In this document: piece after piece, positions 50,061 through 60,500 of the stretch | Layout: each line of letters starts with the position of its first letter | Numbering within the stretch: position 1 is the stretch's first letter | Position numbers and translations under genes: made by a program | The notes under the pieces: model-generated | What the model was told of the DNA's origin: nothing | The model's database searches: none | The model's input: only the letters and a program-made list of their open reading frames with translations | Source of the DNA: Candidatus Latescibacterota bacterium | GTDB lineage: Bacteria; Latescibacterota; UBA2968 | DNA: 64,000 bases | Assembly (NCBI GenBank): GCA_965222605.1 | Contig: OZ244960.1 | Span: 2,656,001 to 2,720,000, forward strand | Direction: 5' to 3'

Positions 50061-51878
50061 ATGAAAAAACAGCACACCCTCAATGACTTAAAATCGCGTA
50101 TCTCCCGCGCTGACCTGCACAAAGCCAAACGCCACGGCTTCTCCGACCGCCAACTGGCACACCTGTGGCGCAGTGATGAATGGGCTGTTCGCGCCTTGCG
50201 AAAAGAACTCGGCGTCGCGCCCGTTTTCAAAACCGTAGATACATGCGCGGCCGAATTTGAAGCCTATACACCGTATCACTACTCAACTTATGAGACAGAA
50301 ACCGAAGCCGTGCGATCCAATCGCCAAAAAATCATGATCCTGGGCGGCGGTCCCAATCGCATTGGACAGGGCATCGAATTCGACTATTGTTGTTGCCACG
50401 CCTCCTATGCCCTCAAAGAAGACGGCTTTGAGACCATCATGGTCAACTCCAATCCCGAAACCGTCTCCACGGACTACGACACATCCGACAAACTCTACTT
50501 CGAACCGCTCACTGCCGAAGACGTACTCAACATTGCCGATGTTGAACAACCCGACGGTGTCATCGTTCAATTCGGCGGGCAAACACCCCTCAACCTCGCG
50601 CGCGACCTCGAACGCGGGGGCCTCAACATCGCCGGCACATCGCCCGACGCCATTGACCTGGCCGAAGACCGCAAGCGCTTTGGCGCCCTCATCAAAGAAC
50701 TGGGCATCCGACAACCCGAAAACGGCACCGCAGTAAGCACCGACGAAGCAATCGCCATTGCCAAACAAATCGGATATCCCGTCCTCGTGCGCCCCTCTTA
50801 CGTACTCGGAGGCCGCGCAATGGCGATCGTATATGACCGCGACGCCCTCATCGCCTATATGCGCAATGCCATAGAAGCCTCTCCTGAACGGCCCATCCTC
50901 ATCGACCGGTTCTTAGAAGACGCACACGAATTTGATGTCGATGCCGTAGCAGACCCAACAGCAGTCGTCATCGGCGGCATCATGCAACACATCGAAAGTG
51001 CGGGCGTTCACTCTGGCGATAGCGCCTGCGTATTGCCCCCCTATCAGATCTCCGACGCCAACCTCGATGAACTGCGACGTCACACCCACGCACTCGCCAG
51101 AGCACTCAATGTAGTTGGCCTCATGAACATTCAGTTTGCAATTCAAGGCGAAGACGTATTTATTATCGAAGTCAATCCCAGGGCATCGCGCACTGTCCCC
51201 TTTGTCAGCAAAGCCATTGGCGTACCCCTGGCCAAAGTCGCTGTCCGCGCAATGGTCGGGCGCACACTTGTAGAACAGGACTTCACCCGGGAAGTACCCA
51301 TCAATCACATCGCCGTCAAAGAAGCCGTCTTGCCCTTCAACAAATTTCCCGGCGTTGACACCGTCCTCGGTCCCGAAATGAAATCCACCGGCGAAGTCAT
51401 GGGCATAGATACCGACTTTGGCCTCAGCTTCCAAAAAGCGCAACTCGGCGCAGGCGTGCGCTTGCCCCAGGAGGGAACGGTATTTTTAAGCGTCAACGAC
51501 CGCGACAAAGAAGGGCTTGTACCCATTGCCCAACAACTATCCGACATGGACTTTCGCCTGATTGCCACACGAGGAACGCACGCCTTTCTCCAAAACCACA
51601 ACATTGCCTGTAATTTGATCCTCAAACTTCAAGAAGGGCGCCCAAATATCCTCGACGCCATCAAAAACGGCGAAATATCTCTCATGATCAACACGCCCGC
51701 GGGAGAGCAATCCCAGGCCGCTGATCCTGAAATTCGCAAAGCCGCCGTTCAATACGGCCTGCCCTACACAACCACCTTATCGGGCGCGGCTGCCGCTGTT
51801 GCCGGCATCCAATCGCTCAAAAACAACAGCACAATTCGCATCCGTTCACTCCAGGATTTTCATAATGAACTGGTCTGA
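50061..51878 (+). CDS. carB: Carbamoyl-phosphate synthase large subunit, C-terminal part
   Basis: GFSDRQLA, VDTCAAEF, GGGPNRIGQGIEFDY, IEVNPRASRTVPF, MGS domain. Confidence 0.93.
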   Translation: MKKQHTLNDLKSRISRADLHKAKRHGFSDRQLAHLWRSDEWAVRALRKELGVAPVFKTVDTCAAEFEAYTPYHYSTYETETEAVRSNRQKIMILGGGPNRIGQGIEFDYCCCHASYALKEDGFETIMVNSNPETVSTDYDTSDKLYFEPLTAEDVLNIADVEQPDGVIVQFGGQTPLNLARDLERGGLNIAGTSPDAIDLAEDRKRFGALIKELGIRQPENGTAVSTDEAIAIAKQIGYPVLVRPSYVLGGRAMAIVYDRDALIAYMRNAIEASPERPILIDRFLEDAHEFDVDAVADPTAVVIGGIMQHIESAGVHSGDSACVLPPYQISDANLDELRRHTHALARALNVVGLMNIQFAIQGEDVFIIEVNPRASRTVPFVSKAIGVPLAKVAVRAMVGRTLVEQDFTREVPINHIAVKEAVLPFNKFPGVDTVLGPEMKSTGEVMGIDTDFGLSFQKAQLGAGVRLPQEGTVFLSVNDRDKEGLVPIAQQLSDMDFRLIATRGTHAFLQNHNIACNLILKLQEGRPNILDAIKNGEISLMINTPAGEQSQAADPEIRKAAVQYGLPYTTTLSGAAAAVAGIQSLKNNSTIRIRSLQDFHNELV

Positions 51879-51912
51879 ACTGCGACCAGTTGTACACCGT
51901 TCCTTAATTCCT

Positions 51913-54027
51913 ATGTCTCGTCTCATCTACATCGCGTCCCTCTGCTTCCTCTGCCTGTCTTGCAAAAGCGTGTATTACAACACCTTTTACAACGCCAAAC
52001 AACAGTACAATATAGCCGAGCAAAAACGCGCCGAATCCGCAACCCCAGGCAGCAGAATAACGCCCACGACCTATCGCGCGCTCTACCAGCGGGCCATTGC
52101 CAAAGCATCCATCGTCCTCAAACACTTTCCCGACAGCAAATGGTTTGACGACAGTTTGCTGCTCATCGGCAAAGCGTCTTATTGGCGCGAGGACTACGCC
52201 GAAGCACTGACCAAATTTCAAGAACTGCAAAAACTCTTCCCACAAAGCGAACTGATCCCCGAAACGCGCTACTGGCAGGGCCTCGCGCTCTGGGCAATGA
52301 ATCGCACCAATGAAGCCCGGACTTCATTTTCTCTCTTCGAGAAAAAAACCGATCCCGAATTGTACGGTCTGGCAAATCTGGCACTCGCGGAAATGGAAGC
52401 CTCACAGGACAATAGAGAAAACGCGATTATATCCTATAGCGCACTGCTCGAAACACTCGACAAAAAGCACAAATTGCGTGCGCGGGCCTGGCAAGGCGTG
52501 GGCAATAATCTACTCGAATTAAACCGATACGATGAAGCACTTGAAGCCTACGAAAATGTGCTAAAATCAAAACCCGATACCAGAACAAATTTTGAAACCC
52601 GCGTCAAAATTGGCGATACCCTCGAGCGCCAGCAGAAATACGACGGTGCATTGGACACGTACAAAAAAATATTAAAAATCAAACGGCTTCGCATTTACGA
52701 AGCCGAAATCCAACTCAGACAAGCCCATATATATCAGCTAAAAGATCAAGTTGAAACCGCGGAAGAAATTTACAGCGACGTTGGAAAAAAATATCCCCGT
52801 AGCGAATACAGCGCAGCAGCTTTTTATCGCCTGGGCCTCATAGAACAAAAATCGCGCAAGAACCTGGAAAAAGCCAAAGAGCTATTTGAGAAAGCCGTCC
52901 GCGAAGACCGAAGCTCGGATGAAGGGAAACTCGCTTTGCAACGGCAAAAAGACCTGGTAGCACTCGAACGCTATCAGAAGCAGGTCGAAAAAGCCAAAGA
53001 CCCGCAAAAAGCACTGGTACCGCTTTTTGACCTCGCCGAACTATACCTCTTTAATCTCGGCGAACCCGATTCGGCCCTGAGTATTTATCAGCGCGTATTG
53101 AGCCTGTCCGACAGTTCTGATCTCGCGCCCAAAGCGCATTATGCCATTGGGCTTATTTATGCCGACAGCCTGAAAAACGAAAGCGCAGCGCGCGAACAAT
53201 TTCAACTGCTCCTCGACCAACATCCCAGCACGCCTTATGCCGTTGAAGCCCGGACGCGCCTCAATCAAAATCACGCCGATGATGCGCTGGCTGAAACGCA
53301 ATTTTTAGAAGCTGAAAACCTCATCCAGGAAGGCACACCCGCACAGGATATCGCACCCATCTATCGACAAATAGCCGACGAATATCCCAACAGCCTCTTT
53401 GCCCCAAAGGCACTTTTTGCCCTCGCCTGGACCTACGAAAATGACCTGGACCAACGCGAACAGGCAAAAACCATATACGAACAAGTGCAGGAGCGATACC
53501 CCCTCACACAATACGGCAAAATAGCAACCGACAAACTCAAGGGCAAATTTCTCGACCCTCCCGCGCCAGCGGACTCCACCCAAACGCAACCGTCGGATGC
53601 TCAGCCCGATACAACGCGATCTGAGACAACGGATGCACAGCCCGACACAACAAAGACGAGAACACAAAAAATAATCCGAACACAAAAAACAGTCTCCCCG
53701 AAACCCGCCTTCAAACCCAATGTAACTATCGGAGGCGGTATCATGGAGGCTGTAGATGCCGACGAAGAACCTCAAGTTATAGATGAAATCGAACCCGAAT
53801 ACCCCGAAGAAGCCAGAGCCGATGGCAAACCCGCCACCGTCATCCTGCGATTGCTGGTCTTAAAAGACGGCAGCGTGGGCGAAGTCCATGTGGCCTCTGG
53901 ACCCGAATTATTTCACAATGCCGCAGTGGAAGCCGTAAAACAATACACCTTTGAACCCGGCATACACGAAGACGCCCCGCACGATATGTGGATAGACATA
54001 GCCATCTACTTTGAACCCCCAGAGTAA
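51913..54027 (+). CDS. TPR-rich lipoprotein with C-terminal TonB-like domain
   Basis: Lipobox LCLSC, YYNTFYNAK, repeated YPxS TPR units, P/T/D linker, PEYPEEAR..DGSV..AVKQYTFEPG. Confidence 0.75.
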   Translation: MSRLIYIASLCFLCLSCKSVYYNTFYNAKQQYNIAEQKRAESATPGSRITPTTYRALYQRAIAKASIVLKHFPDSKWFDDSLLLIGKASYWREDYAEALTKFQELQKLFPQSELIPETRYWQGLALWAMNRTNEARTSFSLFEKKTDPELYGLANLALAEMEASQDNRENAIISYSALLETLDKKHKLRARAWQGVGNNLLELNRYDEALEAYENVLKSKPDTRTNFETRVKIGDTLERQQKYDGALDTYKKILKIKRLRIYEAEIQLRQAHIYQLKDQVETAEEIYSDVGKKYPRSEYSAAAFYRLGLIEQKSRKNLEKAKELFEKAVREDRSSDEGKLALQRQKDLVALERYQKQVEKAKDPQKALVPLFDLAELYLFNLGEPDSALSIYQRVLSLSDSSDLAPKAHYAIGLIYADSLKNESAAREQFQLLLDQHPSTPYAVEARTRLNQNHADDALAETQFLEAENLIQEGTPAQDIAPIYRQIADEYPNSLFAPKALFALAWTYENDLDQREQAKTIYEQVQERYPLTQYGKIATDKLKGKFLDPPAPADSTQTQPSDAQPDTTRSETTDAQPDTTKTRTQKIIRTQKTVSPKPAFKPNVTIGGGIMEAVDADEEPQVIDEIEPEYPEEARADGKPATVILRLLVLKDGSVGEVHVASGPELFHNAAVEAVKQYTFEPGIHEDAPHDMWIDIAIYFEPPE

Positions 54028-54029
54028 TA

Positions 54030-54830
54030 ATGCTCGAAATCCCAAACTTCATCTCCGAATCTGCTATCGTACAAAAAAACGACCCCATTGCACAGGGCGT
54101 TTATCTCATGCGCCTGCACGCGCCCGAACTCGCAACCATCTCTCGCCCAGCACAATTCCTGCAAATCCTGACTGACCCGGGTCTATCGCCATATCTTCGC
54201 CGACCATTTAGCGTATTGCGCACAGATCGCAAAGCCGGCTGGCTCGACCTCATCTACGACGTCATCGGTCCCGGCACCGAGCGCTTATCCGCCGCCCAAT
54301 ATGGCGACCAATTTGACGTCAGCGGACCACTGGGTCGTCCTTTTGACCCCCCGAAAACCAAACGCATCCTATTAGTCGCCGGTGGCGTCGGCCTCGTCCC
54401 CCTCGCATTTTTGGCGTGGGAACACCCCGACCGCCGCCCCGATATGATCTACCTGATGGGCGCGGCAAATGCCTCGCGCCTGCCCGACATGTCCGCACTC
54501 TTACCCGCCGATCTACCCCTTCACATCGCCACAGACGACGGCAGTGTGGGACACCGCGGTTTTGTCACAGAACTCATTGCCGAACACACCCTTCCAAACC
54601 ACACCACCATCCTCACCTGTGGTCCCCATCCCATGATGGCGCGCGTAGCCCACATCGCCGCCGAATTAAACACCCCCTGCTTTGCCTCCCTCGAAAACCA
54701 CATGGCCTGCGGTTTTGGAGCCTGTGTCGGATGCGTGGTCGAATACAAAACCTATCCCACCGAAGACCGCCGCTATCGCTGCGTCTGCCTCGAAGGACCC
54801 GTCGTCAACGCCCACGAAATTGTGTGGTGA
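54030..54830 (+). CDS. pyrK: Dihydroorotate dehydrogenase electron transfer subunit
   Basis: LRRPFS, GPLG, AGGVG, CGP, MACGFGACVGC, CLEGPV. Confidence 0.9.
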   Translation: MLEIPNFISESAIVQKNDPIAQGVYLMRLHAPELATISRPAQFLQILTDPGLSPYLRRPFSVLRTDRKAGWLDLIYDVIGPGTERLSAAQYGDQFDVSGPLGRPFDPPKTKRILLVAGGVGLVPLAFLAWEHPDRRPDMIYLMGAANASRLPDMSALLPADLPLHIATDDGSVGHRGFVTELIAEHTLPNHTTILTCGPHPMMARVAHIAAELNTPCFASLENHMACGFGACVGCVVEYKTYPTEDRRYRCVCLEGPVVNAHEIVW

Positions 54831-54853
54831 GAGCGGTCAGCAGTCAAAACCTT

Positions 54854-54885
54854 CTGGATCGCGGCTAACACCCTGCCGCGATGAC
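54854..54885 (+). repeat. CTGGATCGCGGC-N9-GCCGCGATGAC palindrome
   Basis: Identical to 18241-18272. Confidence 0.85.
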
Positions 54886-54909
54886 AAGCAAAACCTTTCT
54901 TTTTATTCA

Positions 54910-54950
54910 CAAAAACACCCGCTCAGTATAAGCGGGTGTTTTTGTTTTTT
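54910..54950. terminator. Bidirectional intrinsic terminator
   Basis: CAAAAACACCCGCT-N7-AGCGGGTGTTTTTG between convergent genes. Confidence 0.85.
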
Positions 54951-55211
54951 TTAGCGTTGATATACGTCGCGACGATGAGCGATACGGTGGATGATAACGC
55001 ACTGATTTGTATCATCAATTTCATAAAGAATGCGGTAGTCTCCTACGCGAATACGCCACGAATTTGGGCGACCAACCAGTTTTTCCACTCTTGAAGGACG
55101 TGGCTCTGATTCCAGTTGGAGAAGATGTCGGTTAATACGTTGACGAATATGGCCCTGCAACCTACGGCGTTCTCGTTCTGCTGCTGAACGCATATGAACA
55201 GCGTAAGCCAT
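54951..55211 (-). CDS. RelE/ParE family toxin
   Basis: EPRP..KLVG..WRIRVGDYRILYEIDD..IAHRRDVY. Confidence 0.92.
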   Translation of the reverse strand: MAYAVHMRSAAERERRRLQGHIRQRINRHLLQLESEPRPSRVEKLVGRPNSWRIRVGDYRILYEIDDTNQCVIIHRIAHRRDVYQR

Positions 55212-55213
55212 TT

Positions 55214-55468
55214 CTAAGATACTTCTCCGGTTTCACGGAGCAAATCGCGCAAAGGTCGCGTTTCGCTATTCTCCTCGTTCGCCTCTTCCATTAACATGGC
55301 GTCAACAGCATCCTGCAAGTGCAGAGGAAGCGTCTCCCAATCTGTTTCCCGAGCTACCTTTTGAAGTAACGTCTTGAAATCGTCATATCCAAGTATCACC
55401 TCAATAACCTCACCCGAGTCATCATATACCCATTTTGGAGAACGAGGTTTTTCGAGAATGCGTGTCAT
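55214..55468 (-). CDS. Putative antitoxin (acidic, 84 aa)
   Basis: 2 bp upstream of the toxin; acidic C-terminus. Confidence 0.7.
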   Translation of the reverse strand: MTRILEKPRSPKWVYDDSGEVIEVILGYDDFKTLLQKVARETDWETLPLHLQDAVDAMLMEEANEENSETRPLRDLLRETGEVS

Positions 55469-55728
55469 ATTACCCTCAATCTGATTTGTATTGACATGAT
55501 AACCTTTTTCACCTCTCGCTTATCTTCATAGGCTCAGGCATCTCACAGCAACAACAGTTTGGACACTTTTTTCGCCACAACGGTCCGAATATTGACCAAG
55601 TTGCATCTCAAAATAAGTTGAATTTCTATTGATGTCAATGCAGGACAGCAGGATTAAGCGCGATTTGTATTGATACCACGCCAGACCGTTCACTCGCCTT
55701 CATACACCGATTCTCAATTCGTCAAACG

Positions 55729-56358
55729 ATGACCGCACCCACACACATAGCATTTGGACTGCTCACAGCAGCGGGATCCTTTTCGCTCTTTTATACCCCT
55801 TCACCGCAATCTCCCCGCGGTCGCATGCGCCATCCTGGGCAGCGTGCTCCCAGATATAGATTCTCCGAACAGTTATATCGGTCGCGTGCTCCCATTCGCG
55901 TCCATCCCCATCGAGCGGCCTGTGTTTTCCCCGGCAGCGCGAAATACAGAATCAAAACCGGATCTATGGGAGAAAACTATCTGTTAATCGGACTTCTGCT
56001 TATGCTCCTGGTATTCATACCCATATTGCACATGGGTGGTATCTGGAAATCATTCAGATACCTGATGGCCACGCCCTCTGCTGCATACGCAAATTATCGC
56101 AAAGCCGACACAGAAACCGTCTTAACCTTTGAAGGACGCTGGCGACACACGCGGGAGCACGTGCGCGGAGAAGGCGTAATCCTCGATGCCAGACCCGCCC
56201 TGTTCTGGATCATAAGGACTCGCCCGCCCGTTCATTACCTCGAACTGAGGCGGATGGAGCAAGAACTGGAAGAAAAAAAGCAAGAAATCGAAGCCTTGAA
56301 ACGCGCACAGGTGCGATTCAGCGGCACATTATACATTCGCATACTCGGAGACATGTAA
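55729..56358 (+). pseudogene. Degraded YdjM-like membrane metal-dependent hydrolase
   Basis: MTAPTHIAFG in one frame, GSVLPDIDSPNSYIGR in another; the central HR..HS segment is missing. Confidence 0.65.
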
Positions 56359-56399
56359 TGCGCCGTCGAGATAATGTCAGTAATGACAACCAAAACTTT

Positions 56400-56432
56400 C
56401 TGGATCGCGGCTCAAAAACATGCCGCGATGAC
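56400..56432 (+). repeat. CTGGATCGCGGC-N10-GCCGCGATGAC palindrome
   Basis: Family copy. Confidence 0.85.
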
Positions 56433-56436
56433 GGCT

Positions 56437-57840
56437 TTACAACCCATCCCTCTTCATCCTATTTCTCAAAACCATCCTCGAAATACCCAGAAGCGCGGCA
56501 GCGTGAACCTGATTCCCCTCTGTTCGCCGCAACGCCTCTTGAAGCAGTGCCCTCTCAAACGCGGGCAGATTCATTTGATCCTCTAATAGAGATTGCACCA
56601 CCTGTTCAACCCCACTATCTACAATCGGGGCACTCTTAAAAAGATCAAAACCCAGGTCATCCGCCTCAATTTCCCCATCACCGCACAAAATCGCTGCCCG
56701 CTCAACCGCATTCTTCAACATGCGAACATTACCCGGAAACACCTGTCGCTGGAGCAAATCCTCAGCCTCTTTCGAAAACCCCATCAGCGGCTTCCGCAGA
56801 TCGCGGGCATAGTCAGCCAAAAAATGCCGCGCCAGGAACAGAACATCCCCCGCCCGCTCGCGCAACGGCGGCACCTGAATCGCGAACACATTCAACCTGT
56901 AATACAGATCCTCTCTAAAAGCCCCTTCCCTCACCGCTGCAGCAAGCACCCTATTGGTAGCTGCAACCACGCGCACATCTACTTCCATCTCACGACTACT
57001 CCCCACGGGTCGGATGCGTCGATCCTCCAAAGTCCGCAACAAACGCACCTGCATCTCAAGCGGCATATCCCCAATCTCATCCAGAAACAGCGTACCCCCG
57101 TGTGCCAGATCAAAATGGCCCTTCTGATCTGCCTTCGCGTCTGTAAACGCGCCCTTCTTGTGCCCAAAGAATGCGCTCTCAAATAAATTGCCCGGAATCG
57201 CAGAACAATTCACGGGAATAAACGGACCGCCAGCGCGAACACTCTCGCAATGCACAGCCCGAGCAACCAGTTCTTTCCCCGTACCCGTCTCCCCAACAAT
57301 AAGCACCGTCGTATGATCAGTCGCGGCCACCTGCTGAATCTCCGCCTTCATCTTCACAACCGCCTGACTCTCCCCTATCAGCGCATTCAAACCGCCTCTC
57401 TCCCGCTCCCGCGCCTCAAACCGGTCCAGCCTCGCCTGCACCCTATTCTTCTCTTTCCGAAGCACCTGATAGCGCACCGTGCGCTGGATAGCAGCATTCA
57501 GATCCTCCACCTTGAAGGGTTTATTAAAAAAATCAAACGCCCCTTCTCGCAGCGCGCGAAACGCATTCTCGGACTCCTTAACCCCAGTGATCACAATCAC
57601 CTCGGTCTCAGGAGCAACAGATCGCACCCGCCGAAGCACCTCAAACCCATCCATACCCGGCATCTTCACATCTGTAATCACAATATCCACAGCCTGGCTC
57701 TCCACCACCTCCACGCCCTTCTCCCCATTCGCCGCTTCGATGACCGTATGCCCCCTCGCAATGAGAAACTTCCCAATCGCAGCCCGGATATGTGCATCAT
57801 CATCAATCACCAAAATCGTCATGCTGACCTGCTCACCCAT
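56437..57840 (-). CDS. Sigma-54-dependent response regulator (NtrC/AtoC family)
   Basis: Receiver domain (DDD, DVKMPGMDG), GETGTGKE, GAFTDA, FLDEIG, DLYYRLNV, Fis-type HTH. Confidence 0.95.
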   Translation of the reverse strand: MGEQVSMTILVIDDDAHIRAAIGKFLIARGHTVIEAANGEKGVEVVESQAVDIVITDVKMPGMDGFEVLRRVRSVAPETEVIVITGVKESENAFRALREGAFDFFNKPFKVEDLNAAIQRTVRYQVLRKEKNRVQARLDRFEARERERGGLNALIGESQAVVKMKAEIQQVAATDHTTVLIVGETGTGKELVARAVHCESVRAGGPFIPVNCSAIPGNLFESAFFGHKKGAFTDAKADQKGHFDLAHGGTLFLDEIGDMPLEMQVRLLRTLEDRRIRPVGSSREMEVDVRVVAATNRVLAAAVREGAFREDLYYRLNVFAIQVPPLRERAGDVLFLARHFLADYARDLRKPLMGFSKEAEDLLQRQVFPGNVRMLKNAVERAAILCGDGEIEADDLGFDLFKSAPIVDSGVEQVVQSLLEDQMNLPAFERALLQEALRRTEGNQVHAAALLGISRMVLRNRMKRDGL

Positions 57841-57956
57841 TCTTATTCCCCCACATTTACATGCTTTGCTCCTGGAAAAATAAGACGGGATTTGCAAAAA
57901 GCAAGATCACTCATTCAGAATACGGGCATATTATGTTTTCGTGCATTTTGATGTCC

Positions 57957-60413
57957 TTATGCATTGCGACAAAACGCAATCCGCTTGTTAATATCCCTCG
58001 CGACCTCAAGAACCTCCACCGGCGCGCGAACGACTTCACCAGTACGCTGTCGCAGGGCAACGACAAGAGGTGCCAACGCGACGGCATTCGCTCTCGACAG
58101 GACCTCGACAAGATCGCGCTCCGAGACGCCATTAGCGATCAACTCGGGCACAAACTGTAGCATCTCGGACATCATCATTTCATTATCAGGTACGAACACA
58201 GAATACGCCGAACGGAACACACCCATAGCCATCATATGTCTTTTCTTTAGCAGTAGTGCCAAAGCATGTACATACCTTGTTCGCCATGTAAACACCACCT
58301 TCTCATTATCGGTCAAGGCACCAAGTCTTCCTTCAAGCTCTTCACACATCTGCAGAGCTTCTTCCGCACGCCCCATTTTGATTTGCATCATACCCTTTTG
58401 GGACAACGCCCAGGCGACCAGAACCTGAATCTCTGGTGCATCGCTGCTGCCAAAGCGGGTGATCACCTCATCATACGCCTCTATAGCCAATCTCAACTCT
58501 CCCAGTTGGACTTGCATATCTCCCCTTTGGGACAACGCCAGCGCGACCAGAACCTGGATCTCTGGTGTATCGCTGCTGCCAAAGCGGGTGATCACTTCCT
58601 CATACGCCCCTACCGCCAGGCCCAACTCTCCCAGTTGGACTTGCATATCTCCTTTTTTTAACAACGCCAACGCGACCGGAAACTGAAAGTCGGGAGATTT
58701 GCTACTGCCAAAGCGGGTGATCACTTCCTCATACGCCGATACCGCCAAACCCAACTCGCCGAGTTCATCTCGTGCTCTTGCCCCATGGATCAACACGCGG
58801 GCCATCCGCGCCAGAAGTGTTTGGTCGCCCGTCTCGTCGAATCGCTCGACCATCTCGTTGCACACCGCGACCACCCCCTGGAAATCTCCCAATTTCTCAT
58901 AAGCAATCGCCTTCATATGCAATATGTAGGCGATGAGGGACTCTGGCATTAGAGATGAATCCACGCCTCCTGAAGCCATAAAATGGTCACCTATCTCGAT
59001 AACCCTTTCGAATTCTCTCTCCTTGAGTGCCGTTTGGATTTCCTCTTTCAAACGCAGTTCCGCCGTAAATTGAACATTTTCCGTCGCTTTATCCGATATA
59101 TATCTGATAGCCGACCATGCCACGCGTAAAAAACTATCCTCAGAACGCGGCTGTTCGGCGAGCGCACGCTCGATACCCTCGCGAATAACCTTTGACCCCG
59201 CCGCCTCCAAACTCAGCCGACCAAACACCTGGTACAATTCGCCTATCCCGTAGAACGCCACCATGAAATGAATCAGATTTCTCACAACCGTCACCTCGTC
59301 GCGCTCGCGTCGCAGCTTGTAGTAAATACTGTAGAGAGGTTCCGCGGCGGCGTACAATCGCTTCCTGCCAGTCCCCTCCACAATGACCGCACCCCGGTTG
59401 ACGAGTCGTCCGAGCATAGTCGATACAGGCCGAACCTCCATACGCGCGCGCGCCGCAATCTCGCCCGTACTCGATGGTCGCCAAAGGTCAATCAACGCGA
59501 GATACACGCGGCGTTCTCCCCTGCCCAGGACCTCCAGATGACCGCGAAAATACTCGGTATGATCGTCGATCAGCATCACCAGTTCTTCCATCAACTGGCG
59601 CAGTGATCGGTGTTGCGCGAACCCGGCAACGATGACCAGAAGGCGGGGATTGCCACCCGTCAAGATCTCGAGCGGCCTGATCTCGTGCTCGCTCACCTCA
59701 TCGCCGCTGACCACCTCCCAAAGGTGACGGCATTCTTCGGTACCCAGCGGTTCCAGATCGATGATTCGGAACAACTCAAAAAACGGCTCGCCCGCGTCTT
59801 CCAAACCCTCAAAGCGACTCGTCGCAGTAGCGAGCAGCATAATCCGAGGCTCTGACTCCAACGCGTCGCGCAACTGCCAGCCAAAATCATCTTCCACATT
59901 TTCGCAAAGCGCCTGCAGGTTTTCCACCATGAGAACGAGTTTTTTACCCAACCGGTCCGCCGCATCCAGGACAGCGGCAAGGACGCGATCCGCGAGCATC
60001 TCCTCGCGCCAGCGATCGGTCAGATCGGCATGCGTCTCTCGCAGTTCCCCTGCCAGATCGGGATCGTACTTTACACTCTCCCGCGCAAGATGGAACAGGG
60101 TATCGAGCCAGAAATCCGCGAGATTAAATACCTCGTGACTCTCTTCCATAAACCGAACCGGCAAAAAACATCTACAAAGTTCGTCATCAGTATTCAACTC
60201 CGCCGCAACCCGCGCGAGCAACATCGTCTTTCCCCGACCCCGAGACGCGACCACCAGAACATCCTGACACGATGGGGAATTGATATTCCCGCGCAAAACC
60301 TCAAGCACCATATCGAGTTCGCGCTCCCTCACCGCGAACTGCTCAATCACCTCCTCATCGGACTGAAACGTCCCCGGATTGAACTTGCGGATTGGGCGAT
60401 CAAGTTTGTTCAT
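57957..60413 (-). CDS. STAND-like ATPase with wHTH and TPR-like repeats, paralog A
   Basis: SRGRGKT, LMVENL, TGGNPRL, GEIAARARM..STMLGRLV; 43-aa repeats. Confidence 0.75.
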   Translation of the reverse strand: MNKLDRPIRKFNPGTFQSDEEVIEQFAVRERELDMVLEVLRGNINSPSCQDVLVVASRGRGKTMLLARVAAELNTDDELCRCFLPVRFMEESHEVFNLADFWLDTLFHLARESVKYDPDLAGELRETHADLTDRWREEMLADRVLAAVLDAADRLGKKLVLMVENLQALCENVEDDFGWQLRDALESEPRIMLLATATSRFEGLEDAGEPFFELFRIIDLEPLGTEECRHLWEVVSGDEVSEHEIRPLEILTGGNPRLLVIVAGFAQHRSLRQLMEELVMLIDDHTEYFRGHLEVLGRGERRVYLALIDLWRPSSTGEIAARARMEVRPVSTMLGRLVNRGAVIVEGTGRKRLYAAAEPLYSIYYKLRRERDEVTVVRNLIHFMVAFYGIGELYQVFGRLSLEAAGSKVIREGIERALAEQPRSEDSFLRVAWSAIRYISDKATENVQFTAELRLKEEIQTALKEREFERVIEIGDHFMASGGVDSSLMPESLIAYILHMKAIAYEKLGDFQGVVAVCNEMVERFDETGDQTLLARMARVLIHGARARDELGELGLAVSAYEEVITRFGSSKSPDFQFPVALALLKKGDMQVQLGELGLAVGAYEEVITRFGSSDTPEIQVLVALALSQRGDMQVQLGELRLAIEAYDEVITRFGSSDAPEIQVLVAWALSQKGMMQIKMGRAEEALQMCEELEGRLGALTDNEKVVFTWRTRYVHALALLLKKRHMMAMGVFRSAYSVFVPDNEMMMSEMLQFVPELIANGVSERDLVEVLSRANAVALAPLVVALRQRTGEVVRAPVEVLEVARDINKRIAFCRNA
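58372..58760 (-). repeat. 129-bp (43-aa) coding tandem repeats, 3 close copies
   Basis: gccaaagcgggtgatcac recurs at 58449, 58578 and 58707. Confidence 0.9.
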
Positions 60414-60500
60414 TGCGCGTCTCCTAATGATTCTCAGCGGTCAGCAGTCAGCTTTTAGCTCCCCACCCATCCACCCCAGAGCAACAGTGCTTAATTGGCA

